The notes beneath the pieces were generated by a model that saw only the letters and a list, made by a program, of their open reading frames with translations, did no database searches and was not told the origin of the DNA. Made by a program: the position numbers and the translations under genes. A stretch of DNA of 64,000 nt, from positions 1 through 64,000 of the IMG/VR virus record IMGVR_UViG_3300031772_004865; one strand, given 5' to 3'. Position 1 is the stretch's first letter; each line of letters begins with the position of its first letter. Shown one piece after another: positions 30,354-41,199 of this stretch. The DNA is from a virus.

Positions 30354-30812
30354 TTATCCTTGTGGCGGTATCGGTTTCTTCAAATAATTTAATTGTGATT
30401 GAACTGTCATGATTTTTTGTCCACAAACTTTACTATAAGCAGCAAATAAATTCGCAGTCCTTAAATAATCTAAATTATTTACTTTGGACATAGCTTTTGC
30501 TACTTCATCTGTCGGAGATTTCTTTCCACCTTTACCGTCATCTACTAAATTATTTTTGGCATTTAATAATTCCCTTGCTTCATTTACTTCTGAATAAGCA
30601 TCTGCAATCAATGAAATGATAGTTACTTCACTATGTAGCCCCGTTAATACATTTAGGGCGACTTTTAAATCTGCTTCTTCGGTTAATTGATTTCCTTTAA
30701 ATTGTGATTGATAATCTTCGATAGTATCGATGGTATCTTTAATTGTAATCATCAATTTATTAATTCCTTCAATTCCTTCTTCAAAATAATTTTTTAGGTC
30801 TTCATAACGCAT
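30354..30812 (-). CDS. Helical protein, possibly a recombination mediator (UvsY-like)
   Basis: All-helical 152 aa in recombination block; function is a guess. Confidence 0.3.
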   Translation of the reverse strand: MRYEDLKNYFEEGIEGINKLMITIKDTIDTIEDYQSQFKGNQLTEEADLKVALNVLTGLHSEVTIISLIADAYSEVNEARELLNAKNNLVDDGKGGKKSPTDEVAKAMSKVNNLDYLRTANLFAAYSKVCGQKIMTVQSQLNYLKKPIPPQG

Positions 30813-31216
30813 TATTTACCTCCTGTAATTATAAAATCTCTTTCTTCTTTTTTTAAATAATTAGGTAAATCATTTAATTCTTTAGGAAGTAATCCTCGTT
30901 CAATTAATTCTTCTGTATGTATCATTGCTCCTACATTCCAAATCGCAGCAGCCAAATGGTCTTCATCTCTCTGTCCTTCTAAATGCTTATAAAGATGTCT
31001 TACTGCACTATCAAAATAACGAGATAATGGTTGACCTTTTTCCCAATTTCTATCTCCATACTTAACTGCTCCATTCTCAAAATGTTTAGCTAATCTTTGA
31101 AGCATAAGAGGACTAATTAAATCATATCTACCTTTTCCAATATTGGTATCCCTCACGCTACCAGTCTTGAATTCTTGCCTTTTTCCTGAATCTTTTACTT
31201 TATCAAATTTAGGCAT
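30812..31216 (-). CDS. dATP/dGTP diphosphohydrolase (DUF5664-like)
   Basis: KGRYDLI, GAVKYGDRNWEKG, DSAVRH, EDHLAAAIWN. Confidence 0.85.
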   Translation of the reverse strand: MPKFDKVKDSGKRQEFKTGSVRDTNIGKGRYDLISPLMLQRLAKHFENGAVKYGDRNWEKGQPLSRYFDSAVRHLYKHLEGQRDEDHLAAAIWNVGAMIHTEELIERGLLPKELNDLPNYLKKEERDFIITGGK

Positions 31217-31381
31217 GTGTCTCCTTATATTTTTCACAATTTTTGCATAATATTATAATATTTCTATCAAATTTATCTTTTCTTATTCTTAATAATTTTT
31301 TAAATTTCATACACTTCCGATTTAAAGAATTAAAAAATCTACAAAATGAACTTGGGTCTCCTTCAATAGCACAAAATAACA

Positions 31382-32026
31382 TTATTTTTTCTCCTCTATT
31401 TTTTCTTCTTTAATTTCTTTTAATTTATACTTATCTCGAATGAACGTACATGCCTCATTAATACTGTAGAAAATTTCGCCCCCAGATTTCATAACTTCAT
31501 CAATTAATGTAGAATTTTCTTCTGTTTTAGGATGGTCTGGAAGAATTAAATAAATTGGTATATTAAATAGATAACATGTATGCACTTCATTTAATGTTCC
31601 TACGGTTTTTACATCTTTCGGATAATAAACAATAATAAAATCTGACCTAACTGTTGCCTCATAATCTCCCCAATACTGAAAATCAGTTAAATAATTTCCT
31701 TCTAATCTTGCTTTTTCATAAAGATAAATAAGTAATCTAATTTTATCTAATTTAAGAGTATCTATTTTTCCCCACCAAATCTTACTCATTTCTGTTGCAA
31801 AAATATCCCAATGTCCACCCTGTTTTAATCCAGTAATGTATTCAACTTGTTTACCTGATTCTTTACCTACTTTATTGGATTCCTGGTCAACAGGGTCATA
31901 GATTCCTAAATCAAAGGAAGTCAATTTTTCTGCAACTTCTTTTCTCCAAGATTTCATTTCTTTATTAGAAACAGATTCAATTGCTCCAGCCAAGTACGAA
32001 GTATATTTTAATCTTTTATTTTCCAT
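31382..32026 (-). CDS. Nucleoside 2-deoxyribosyltransferase-like protein
   Basis: YLAGAI...WR...DP, D...V..SD.IIV, GT..E. Confidence 0.75.
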   Translation of the reverse strand: MENKRLKYTSYLAGAIESVSNKEMKSWRKEVAEKLTSFDLGIYDPVDQESNKVGKESGKQVEYITGLKQGGHWDIFATEMSKIWWGKIDTLKLDKIRLLIYLYEKARLEGNYLTDFQYWGDYEATVRSDFIIVYYPKDVKTVGTLNEVHTCYLFNIPIYLILPDHPKTEENSTLIDEVMKSGGEIFYSINEACTFIRDKYKLKEIKEEKIEEKK

Positions 32027-32229
32027 TTTTTATCCTATTTTTGTTTTAATTTTGATAGTATCTCTAAATTTTTTATAATGTAATTGTTTTCTTCTAATCC
32101 AAAGACCACATATATCATTAGGAGAGGTATAAATATCTGTATTTCCTCTACTGTGTATTTGACATAAACAATTATCTTCTAATTTCTTATATTTTTTCCA
32201 GTATTTGCAGGTATTGCAAGTTTTTCTCA

Positions 32230-33105
32230 TTAATAATTAACTCCTTCTAAAAAATTTCTAATAGTAAGTAAATCTATTGCTAATCCTAATGAACTTTCGG
32301 GAACAAATTTTGGTTCGGGAATAGGTTCTGGTTTTTTCTTTGCTACACTATAACCCATTACATTACTTGGTACTCCAATTAATTCTCCTTTTGAATTATA
32401 AAGTCCACCCCCTGAATTTCCGTAGGTAGTCGTGTTATCACTAATATAATATCCATCTTGTTTATTGCAAATTATTCCTTTTGAAATCGTTCTCCAAATT
32501 CCTAATGGACTTCCTATGGAATAAACTGTATCTCCTTTTTGTGGTTCTATTTCTGCTAAATTAACTACGGTTAAATTCTCATCTACTATAAAAATTTCTA
32601 ATAATGCTAAATCATGTTCTTCATCTGTTTTTATGATTTGAGCACCATAAGCGGTCATTCCTGCAATAGAATTTCTTTCGTCTTTTTTAGAATAAGCAAC
32701 TGTAACCCCCAATGATATTCCAATTTTATTTAATTTATCTATTTCAGCAATTACATGATAACACGTTAGAATATACATTCTATTTTCTGTTTTCTTTATT
32801 ACTGTTCCTGCGCCTTCTCCACGAAAAGTACTTACAGATACATCGCTATTTAATAATTTAATTAGGTCGGGTTGTTCGATTTTATTGGTTTGAATTTGAC
32901 CTAATAATTCAGTCTCATTATTAATAAGTTGATTATAACTATAATTTAAAAAAGTAATTTCACTTTCCAAAGAACTAACAGTATTAATCATATCCAATCT
33001 TAAACTTACCAATCCAATAACTAACCCAATTAAAGTACCAACTAAAACTACTCCTAATGTTATTCTTATTACTATTCTTGCTATTTTCAATAATAATTTA
33101 ATCAT
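32230..33105 (-). CDS. Membrane-anchored trypsin-like serine protease
   Basis: TM helix; LTCYHV, DLALL, GNSGGG triad. Confidence 0.88.
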   Translation of the reverse strand: MIKLLLKIARIVIRITLGVVLVGTLIGLVIGLVSLRLDMINTVSSLESEITFLNYSYNQLINNETELLGQIQTNKIEQPDLIKLLNSDVSVSTFRGEGAGTVIKKTENRMYILTCYHVIAEIDKLNKIGISLGVTVAYSKKDERNSIAGMTAYGAQIIKTDEEHDLALLEIFIVDENLTVVNLAEIEPQKGDTVYSIGSPLGIWRTISKGIICNKQDGYYISDNTTTYGNSGGGLYNSKGELIGVPSNVMGYSVAKKKPEPIPEPKFVPESSLGLAIDLLTIRNFLEGVNY

Positions 33106-33410
33106 TACTTTCCTCCTGTAATTATATCATTTCTTGGATTTTCTTTTGCATATTCTGAAACTACAAATCTTAATAAACATTTTAATTCACAAAAATGATA
33201 GACTTCATTATCAAGTTCACTACCAAATCCAAAAGAAATAGTAATGGGAATTCCTAGATGTTTAGTGATAAGATTATCACCACAGGTATCACATTTAAAT
33301 ATTTTCATTTCTTCTCCTCTACTTTACAACTATCAGTTTCCTTATCATAACCTTTACATAATACACAAACTCATTTTGTTCCACATAACAATCTCTTATC
33401 CAGCAGTATA

Positions 33411-34148
33411 TCATTTTATTTCCTTGAAATTTTTTAAAATACTATTTATAATTGCAATTCCCCCCTGTACCATCTTCTGCCCTTCCATTTTCTTAGGTAA
33501 TTCCAAAGCTAAAGAATATTTTATTCCTAATTTTTCTAAAAATCCTTCTACTCCAATATCATACTTGGGAGGAATAATAACTCCATTTTTTAATGGTGTT
33601 TTATAAATTGTTTTTGATTTAAGATAAGGAATAATATTATCATTTTCTATTAATGCTTTTTCTGCTATCAAAGGAAGATTTTCAGATTTATGTTCATAAC
33701 AATAAACTTCACTCTTTCCTGTATCTCCATGTATATCTAAAATTAAATCCGCAGTTCGTGGAAATTCTTCAAATAAAATAGCGAGTTCAGGTACTTTTGA
33801 ATTTTTCATAAAATGAGTATCATTGTTTGTTTCTTGTCTATTACCATTATTTCTATAATTTTTTTCATAACCATAAGGATTGCAAATTGGAAATACATAA
33901 TAATTAAAATCAGGAAACATTACAGGTTGTTTTAACCAATGTAATAAAACATTAATTGCATAATATTCTTCTCCATGATGCCCACCTGTTAAGATTACAG
34001 TTTTCTGTGCCATCTTAGAAACTAATTTCAATACTAACATTGGATAAATTTTATCATAAGAAACATATCCCATAATCTCAATTTTATATGGAAGATTAAG
34101 GTTGATTATTTCAGTTACGAGTTTGTTATATGACCTTACTGTTTTCAT
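33411..34148 (-). CDS. M14-family Zn carboxypeptidase/deacylase
   Basis: GGHHGEE, NPYG...RNN, LDIH, ELP. Confidence 0.8.
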   Translation of the reverse strand: MKTVRSYNKLVTEIINLNLPYKIEIMGYVSYDKIYPMLVLKLVSKMAQKTVILTGGHHGEEYYAINVLLHWLKQPVMFPDFNYYVFPICNPYGYEKNYRNNGNRQETNNDTHFMKNSKVPELAILFEEFPRTADLILDIHGDTGKSEVYCYEHKSENLPLIAEKALIENDNIIPYLKSKTIYKTPLKNGVIIPPKYDIGVEGFLEKLGIKYSLALELPKKMEGQKMVQGGIAIINSILKNFKEIK

Positions 34149-34825
34149 AATATCTTTAACGATTGTAATTTTATTTTATTTAATATATCTATTTTTATTT
34201 TTGGATATAATTTTCTAAATAAATTGAATTTATTTTGTGCGTCATCTCTCCAATAACCTTTTATCTCAATATAAGTATTTATTTTCGGAAGATAAAAATC
34301 TGGAGTATAAGTACAGTTACCTAAATCAAAGGTTTTAGATTCGTATTGCCATTTAATTTTGTTTTTATCTAACCACTTGGCATAAGCAACTTCCCATGTA
34401 CTGCGCATTAAAATATTCTTATATTTAATTCTTTTTCCATGAGTGGCAACTCTGCCAAACATTGTAGCATTTTTTCCTACTGCAAATTTATACCAACATT
34501 CCTGACATCTCGTATATTGGGTTGCAATTATTTTTTTACAATCTATACAATGATTAATAAGATGTTTTCTTCTTTTTTGATTCCGTAATGTTAAATCGGG
34601 TCTTTTTTTACCTTTCATAGGATTTTCATCTATTTCATAAGCACATTGTCGGCATCTTTGTTTTCCATATAAAAATGTACCCAAACTTATTTCATTTTTA
34701 TGACAAATAATACAATAATGTTTTGTTTTTCCTCTTTTATGAGCAAATTTATTAGAACAAATTTTACAATATCCTAATATAGACCATTTAGTTATTTCTT
34801 TTTTACAAATTTTACATTTTTTCAT
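34145..34825 (-). CDS. PD-(D/E)XK homing endonuclease with CxxC repeats
   Basis: MRSTWE...YTPDFYLP...IEIKGYW. Confidence 0.75.
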   Translation of the reverse strand: MKKCKICKKEITKWSILGYCKICSNKFAHKRGKTKHYCIICHKNEISLGTFLYGKQRCRQCAYEIDENPMKGKKRPDLTLRNQKRRKHLINHCIDCKKIIATQYTRCQECWYKFAVGKNATMFGRVATHGKRIKYKNILMRSTWEVAYAKWLDKNKIKWQYESKTFDLGNCTYTPDFYLPKINTYIEIKGYWRDDAQNKFNLFRKLYPKIKIDILNKIKLQSLKIL

Positions 34826-35520
34826 TCTCGTTCCAATGATTCTTTTACAAAATTAAGAGTAAAATAAATTCTATCTTTTAGTTCTTTATAATTAAGTGTT
34901 GCTGTATATAGTCGAAATTCAAGAGTTCCATAATCAGACTTTTTTAAATGTGAAGCATTTAAACTCATATATTTTTCGTCAAGATAAGAATATCCACTAA
35001 AAGACCAATCTTCAGTATTAGTACGGAAATCATGTATTTGTTTTTCTGTTAATTTGGTAAGATTTTCTCTTGGTAGTAATTTACATGTCGATTCCATTCT
35101 ATTTTTATCTATTTTAAATCTTTTAATAAAAAATCTTTGCTTATGTACAAATTCTTTTATAATTTCTAATATTTGTTTATCGGTTAAATTTTTAACATTC
35201 ACATGAATATGTAAACCACATGTTTTTCCAATTTTAGCTCGATGTACTCGCAAAAGAGCCAATATTTCTTTAAGTTGAAGTAAAGTTTCTTCATTATAAT
35301 AAAGTTTGTTACTATCTTTTGGTTTTATTTCCAAACCATTTTCTAAACTTCCATCAAAATCTGTCCACCAACCCCGAAGGGTTCTGTTTCTTTCAATAAG
35401 TTTTTGACTATCTTTACTTATAGGTAATTCCACTTCGATTTCTGGAGCAAATCTAATAGATTCAATTTTAATTAATTTAATTTTATCTTTTTTATTTATT
35501 TTATTCTGTTTTCTTTTCAT
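34822..35520 (-). CDS. Putative amidoligase (COOH-NH2 ligase, glutamate-cysteine ligase fold)
   Basis: EIEVE, DGSL...LE, CGLHIHV, KY.SLN, TLEFR. Confidence 0.8.
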   Translation of the reverse strand: MKRKQNKINKKDKIKLIKIESIRFAPEIEVELPISKDSQKLIERNRTLRGWWTDFDGSLENGLEIKPKDSNKLYYNEETLLQLKEILALLRVHRAKIGKTCGLHIHVNVKNLTDKQILEIIKEFVHKQRFFIKRFKIDKNRMESTCKLLPRENLTKLTEKQIHDFRTNTEDWSFSGYSYLDEKYMSLNASHLKKSDYGTLEFRLYTATLNYKELKDRIYFTLNFVKESLERE

Positions 35521-37139
35521 TATTTTTCCTGTCTTACTCTAAGAAAATTTCCCAAAGCACACGCTAAAGCGTAATCCATAATCATTATATTTGAATTTTT
35601 ATCCTTAAATGCCACATCCAAAATTAATAAATAAATAGTCATGTAAATAAACATAAGAAGGGAAGATAAATATTTTTGTTTTTTATTGGCAGAAAGATTC
35701 CATCCAGTATAAAGATAAGTTTCTATAGTGCCAAAAATAAATATTCCTAATATTTTAATCATTTTCTTTCTTTATTTTCTGTGCCAAGTTAATCAAGTCG
35801 TGGTCTATTCTGTGTAATTCTTGTAAATCTTCTTCTATTTGATTTTTAGTAAAACTTTGTACTTTATGTCTTATAAGAATACAATCCAATTCATCAATTA
35901 ATCCTTCTACTTCCATTACAATTTCTCCTATTCTTTTAGCATCATTATAAAATTCAACATAATTAGGATTGCAAGATTGATAAGGTATTCCTAATTTTTT
36001 ACAAATTTCGACAATAGTAGCACTAATATTTTTATCCATCTATTCCACATCCCCATTTTGGTCGCATTTGAGGTCTTCATACTTCGCAATTTCATCATTA
36101 TAACTTGCACAAATATCTAACAAATCGTCGACTTCAATATTTAATCTTCTTTTAATTTCTACATAACATCTTATTAGTGCACCTGTCATGTCATTGTATT
36201 TTTGATAGTTTATTTTCTCTCCAGCAAAAAATTGACCTATAAAACATTCAATTACACTTTTATCAACTCCACAATGTTTAACATAAAAAAATATCTGATA
36301 ATTAAGTTCCCCTGCTGTTAATGCAGGTTCTCCATTTCTTAATTTCTCACGTCTATCTGATTTAGATTCAATGTAAGGCAATTTACTTTCCTCCTAATTC
36401 TTTTAATAAATCATCAAAAGTTTCTTTTCTTATTTGACCATCTTTATAAAAATTTTGCCAAAAATGTCTCCTCATTTGTCGAGAAATTCCTTGCTTCTGC
36501 ATTTTGGTATCTAAATATTGTAACATTTTTAGGCATCGTTGGAGGTCTTTTTTAATTTGATTATAATTATCGTATTGTTTTTTTTGTTTTTGAAATTCAG
36601 GGTCAAATTGTCTAAATAATTCTTTATAGAGTTTTAATAATTCCAAAAAATATGATTTCCCTAATGCTTGAAAAAATCTTACTAATTCATTTAACTTTCT
36701 TTTTTTCTTTAATTCAACCCTAAGATACCTTAATAATCCTAAATGTAATTGAACTATTCTAAACATTTCTCTCCTTTGCTTCTTTTTCTTTAATCTCTCG
36801 GCACCTATCACATATTCCTACAGTAATTATCTTCCCTTCATGTTTGACTTGAATTGGTCTCATAACTGAAATGGGAAGTGATAATCCGCAAACTATACAT
36901 TGTTTAAATTGCATTATTTATCCTTTTGTATAATTTTTATATCTTTTTTCAGGTTCAACGCATTTTAGGAGATAAATTGCAATTTCAATATGTTCTGGAA
37001 TTTGATATCTTAAATTCGTTAAAGTATCAGCATAATCTCGAAAATTCTTTAATGCTTCTTGAACTTGTTCATAAGTATATCCTGAAGTTTCAATACTAAT
37101 TACAATACCATTATAAATTAATTTTTTATTATCGTTCAT
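35520..37139 (-). other. Cluster of five hypothetical ORFs (35520-35762 membrane, 35755-36039, 36040-36381, 36383-36811, 36918-37139)
   Basis: Tightly coupled ORFs; 36040 has MPYI...GELNY...YEDLK..NGDV, a conserved phage pattern. Confidence 0.6.
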
Positions 37140-37277
37140 TCTTTCTCCTTACAATTATCGCACTTATTTTTTTCTCTATACATACAAGGATTTAAAATAT
37201 TTTGTGGTTTATAAAATAAGCAATCCTCGCACAATTGTTCACTTACTTCTCTTTTCTTTTCTGGACAGTATCTCATT

Positions 37278-37937
37278 TTAAAATTTCCATTTTCCAAATA
37301 ATCCTATTCTATTATCTCCACAATATCCTTTTCCATATCCTATCATTATATCAAAATTATCTGTAATATTATATCCGACTCCTAAATATGCTCCTAAATT
37401 AGTCAAAAATGCATTAGCATTAGCCTTGAAAAATTTAAAAAAATCTATACCTGCTCCTGCTTCAAATCCTGTTTTTTTCTCTCCTAAGCTTCCTCCTGCG
37501 GTTACAAAAGGTTTTAAATGAAATCCATAGGGTCTCAAATTTTTCTTTAGATTCTCAAAATCTTTTACTGTCAATTTCTTTAATATTGTTTTCTTATCAC
37601 TATCTAAAATTTCCATCGTTCCATCTTTTAAAATATGTAAATAATGGTCATTTAAACTTACTATTTCTTCTTTTCCATGCCAATCTAAGACAGGTTGAAC
37701 TCCTTGATGTCCTTGCCAATATCCATAACCAAAAATACCTAATGCAATTATTGCTATAACAATTGCTGTCTTAATAAAATGAGTTAATAATTTCATAGGT
37801 TGTAGGTCATAACTTAATTTATTTTTTATAGGTCTCGAATCGTAAGAAGATTGGGGAATTAAAGTTTTTTTCAATGCTAATAATTCTTTAACCTTATTAT
37901 CAATTTCTTCAGGTGTAGGTTTGATTTCTTCGGGCAT
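37278..37937 (-). CDS. Membrane-anchored protein with C-terminal amphipathic beta-strands ending in Phe
   Basis: TM AIVIAIIALGIFGYGYW; C-terminal IGLFGKWKF. Confidence 0.55.
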   Translation of the reverse strand: MPEEIKPTPEEIDNKVKELLALKKTLIPQSSYDSRPIKNKLSYDLQPMKLLTHFIKTAIVIAIIALGIFGYGYWQGHQGVQPVLDWHGKEEIVSLNDHYLHILKDGTMEILDSDKKTILKKLTVKDFENLKKNLRPYGFHLKPFVTAGGSLGEKKTGFEAGAGIDFFKFFKANANAFLTNLGAYLGVGYNITDNFDIMIGYGKGYCGDNRIGLFGKWKF

Positions 37938-38223
37938 TTTAATCTCCTCTTTTTCTAATATAAATCAAATATCCAATACAAATTATTACTATTACTACTT
38001 CATACCATTTAATCATTTTACTCCTTTTAATAATCCAATATAGTAATCTAATGGTTTTAGTTCTTTTCTTTTTACTTCTTGTTTGGTATTTGGATTGATT
38101 TTATTTGGATGATTTTCTCTTTCTAATAAAAGTTTTTCATACCATTCAGTTAATTTATTTATTTTATTTTGATAACAAGATAAACTTCTTTCTTTACCTA
38201 TTCCTCGTTCAGCCATTTTGCTC

Positions 38224-39018
38224 CTAATTTAAAAGTGAGGCGTAAAGGTTCTTTTTTGAATTACCTTTATTATTAACATTATTTTGGTAAAGAACGACAT
38301 CTACGCCTCGATTAATTTTATTCCTTATTAGATTAGTATAAAATTCTTGCCAATAAGTTCTGTTATAGTTGGCTTTTACATTACAACTTAAACATAAAGT
38401 AATTAAATTATTTTCTTTACAATTTTGTTTATTGTAATCTATATGATGAACATGTAATATTTGACCATTAACTATCAAATGTTCCTCTTCAGTCATACCG
38501 CAGTTTTGACAAATGTGATTATCTCTTTGTCTAATAGATTCTTTCAATTCATCTGTAAATTCAATAGTATATGGTAAATAACTTCTCCCATCAATCCAAT
38601 TATGATTTAACTTTCCTGTTAAATGGATATCATACATAGGATTATTATTACCTTCCATTTGAATACTATGATATTTATCTGCACATTCTCTACATCTTAT
38701 TGCTTTATAATCTTGAATTTCTTTACCACATTCGCAAAAATGCTTCTTTAATGTTTCTCCTATTTTAAAATTGGCATTATTTTCTGGTATTTGAGACCAT
38801 TTAACATAGCATTTCCAACATCTCTTTGCATTATAATTATTTAATTCTTTATTGCAATCAATGCATTTAGGCTTACCTGTTTTAAAATTAGGATGAAATT
38901 TGCCTTTTACAATAATTTTTGCAATATTTTTTAAATAACATTGTTTACAATATTTACCTTCTTGATATTGAGCATGTCTACCTAACTCTTTTTTACAAAT
39001 TGAGCAATACTTTTTCAT
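38224..39018 (-). CDS. HNH homing endonuclease with CxxC repeats
   Basis: RDNHICQNC...VHHIDY...NLITLC..CN; close paralog of 61333..62013. Confidence 0.85.
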   Translation of the reverse strand: MKKYCSICKKELGRHAQYQEGKYCKQCYLKNIAKIIVKGKFHPNFKTGKPKCIDCNKELNNYNAKRCWKCYVKWSQIPENNANFKIGETLKKHFCECGKEIQDYKAIRCRECADKYHSIQMEGNNNPMYDIHLTGKLNHNWIDGRSYLPYTIEFTDELKESIRQRDNHICQNCGMTEEEHLIVNGQILHVHHIDYNKQNCKENNLITLCLSCNVKANYNRTYWQEFYTNLIRNKINRGVDVVLYQNNVNNKGNSKKNLYASLLN

Positions 39019-40043
39019 TTAATTTTTTCTCCTAAATCTACAAAATATATGAATGTAGTTACTCTTTGTTCATTAACCCCAAAAACTATTTGAATTGGTT
39101 CACTATGTTTTGCCATAGAATCAGATAAACTATCTCCTCCAACTGTCGACCCTCCTCTTATAACTCGCACATTATCACAATCACTAATTGCAGCGTGATG
39201 ATAATGACCATAGATAATTCCTTCAACATTGTATTGCCTTGCCCATTCATTTATTTTTACTCTACCAGCAGCAGAATCTACTTGTTCTGGGCATATATGT
39301 CTCATCAGAAATTTATGCCCCCTAATATCAAATACAATATGTTCTGTTTCCGCAAATTTAATTTGTAATTTCGGATTTTTTAGAACTAATTTACTCCAAA
39401 AATCTAATATTTCGTAAACCATTAAATCCCAATTACTCGCAACATCTGTATCTTTTGCTGTTCTTCCATGATTTCCTCTAATTCCTATTACTCGAACTGG
39501 TAAATTTCTTTTTAATAAAGATACTATTAATTTTGTAAGAACATCAATGACTAACATGACTTGGGCTGGAGGAGCTACTTCTTGTTCAAATGCTTGGGTT
39601 AGATAAATATTTTCTCCATTGCATAAATCTCCATTCAATAACAGAATTACTTCTTTAATAGGAACACCTTTACTAATATTATTATCCAGTAATTTTAAAA
39701 TTTGTTCACATAAACGATTGATTCTATTCCTAAAAATTTCTTCATTATAAATTATTTCTCCCTCTTGATTTTTTACGATTTTTCCAGCATGAAAATCTGT
39801 AAGTTGAATTACAAGTGTATCTCCTTTAATATCAATCTTACTTTGTGTTGCAGGTTTATAAGGAGTTACTTCTGCTAATTCTTCTTTTAAAGATTGAATA
39901 ATTAATTTAGATAAATCCACTTTTTCTTTTTTATTAGGTTTAATTTCTTTACTTTCTGTAAATTTAGAATAACAAGGTCTACATCTCATTGCTTGAGGAT
40001 GAATTTTAACTCCACAATCAATACATTTATTCATCTTAATCAT
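39015..40043 (-). CDS. Metallophosphoesterase with N-terminal CIDC Zn module
   Basis: TDFH, NGD, GNHGR, RH, GHYH. Confidence 0.8.
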   Translation of the reverse strand: MIKMNKCIDCGVKIHPQAMRCRPCYSKFTESKEIKPNKKEKVDLSKLIIQSLKEELAEVTPYKPATQSKIDIKGDTLVIQLTDFHAGKIVKNQEGEIIYNEEIFRNRINRLCEQILKLLDNNISKGVPIKEVILLLNGDLCNGENIYLTQAFEQEVAPPAQVMLVIDVLTKLIVSLLKRNLPVRVIGIRGNHGRTAKDTDVASNWDLMVYEILDFWSKLVLKNPKLQIKFAETEHIVFDIRGHKFLMRHICPEQVDSAAGRVKINEWARQYNVEGIIYGHYHHAAISDCDNVRVIRGGSTVGGDSLSDSMAKHSEPIQIVFGVNEQRVTTFIYFVDLGEKIK

Positions 40044-40235
40044 CTCCTCTAATTTTATTTGAAAATCTTTGCTCCATAAAAAATAAATGTATTTACTAAT
40101 GCTAATCCTAAATTAATAATTGTTAGGCTCCACATACTTGGATTTTTTAAAGATAATATCAAACAACAAATCCCTGCAATTAAAAATCCTAAAACTGTTA
40201 TAGGTTGAACAAAAGTTAAAATAGTTTGTATCATT

Positions 40236-40436
40236 TTATTCTTCTCCAAAAAGTGAAGGATACAATTTCTTTATTCCAATTCCATAGATTTCACTTAATT
40301 TAACTAATTCTTCGTTAGTAGGCATAATCTTTCCAGTCTCCCATTTAGAAATTAAAGTATCAGATACTTTCATCATAGAAGCAACATCCCATTGAGTTAA
40401 TTTTTTTGATTTTCTATAAACTGATAAAAAATTCAT
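40236..40436 (-). CDS. XRE-family HTH regulator
   Basis: LTQWDVA...ISKWETGKIMP. Confidence 0.85.
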   Translation of the reverse strand: MNFLSVYRKSKKLTQWDVASMMKVSDTLISKWETGKIMPTNEELVKLSEIYGIGIKKLYPSLFGEE

Positions 40437-40563
40437 GTTACTCCTCAAAAAATCTTATTTGAATAAATTTGAACATAAAAAAACTTACAATCTTTAACAT
40501 TTATCATTATCTCATTTTGTTACTTCAAGCCTTTTTTGGCTCATCTTCATTCTCTTTGTCCTT

Positions 40564-40614
40564 CTATATACTATTAACGGAATTTTTGGCATTTTGTAAC
40601 ATTTATTTTTGTAT
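40564..40614 (-). promoter_or_regulatory. Putative phage-sigma promoter, copy A (replication operon)
   Basis: ATACAAAAATAAATGTTACAAAA-N9-TTCCGTTAATAGTATATAG, arms identical to 59152..59202. Confidence 0.7.
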
Positions 40615-41199
40615 CTTTTCTCTAATCCTTGCAACTATTCGAGATATAGTCATTTTTGTAACACCTAATTCTTCACCTATTTCCTCGTAACTAAGATTTA
40701 AGTTGCCTTGCTTTAAATTCCAAACTTCTTGTTCAATTTCTGTTAATTCAGGATAAAATTCTATTTTTACTTCTTCAGGAGTAGATATATTGTCTGCAAT
40801 ATTTACTTCTTCTTCTCCTTCATCATTTTCTACTGTCTTATAAATTGATTGTGTTTTAAAATGTTTATAAAATTCCATATCCATAAATTTTGGTTGCCAA
40901 TGTTGTTGTTCAAATCGACTATTTAGATAATGAGAAAATGGTGCTTTTGGTTTGAAATCATTTATCCATTCAATTATTTCTAAACTTAATTGTTGAATTA
41001 CATCATCTAATTCAACTTGTTTGGTATCTACTAATCTAAATTCAATACCTTGATATTTAAAACTTTGTTCAAAAAATACATACTTTGCTTTTTCCACAAT
41101 AGTTGGATAAAGTATTTTAAAAATCTGGTCTAAAATCTTTTTATCCTTTTTCTTTTTATATTGTTTTACTAATTGGTCTAATTCATTCAGTTTTTCCAT
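40603..41199 (-). CDS. Phage-encoded sigma70-family sigma factor
   Basis: Region 2 (ELDDVIQQ...INDF...FSHYL) and region 4 HTH (LSYEEIGEELGVTKMTISR). Confidence 0.8.
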   Translation of the reverse strand: MEKLNELDQLVKQYKKKKDKKILDQIFKILYPTIVEKAKYVFFEQSFKYQGIEFRLVDTKQVELDDVIQQLSLEIIEWINDFKPKAPFSHYLNSRFEQQHWQPKFMDMEFYKHFKTQSIYKTVENDEGEEEVNIADNISTPEEVKIEFYPELTEIEQEVWNLKQGNLNLSYEEIGEELGVTKMTISRIVARIREKIQK

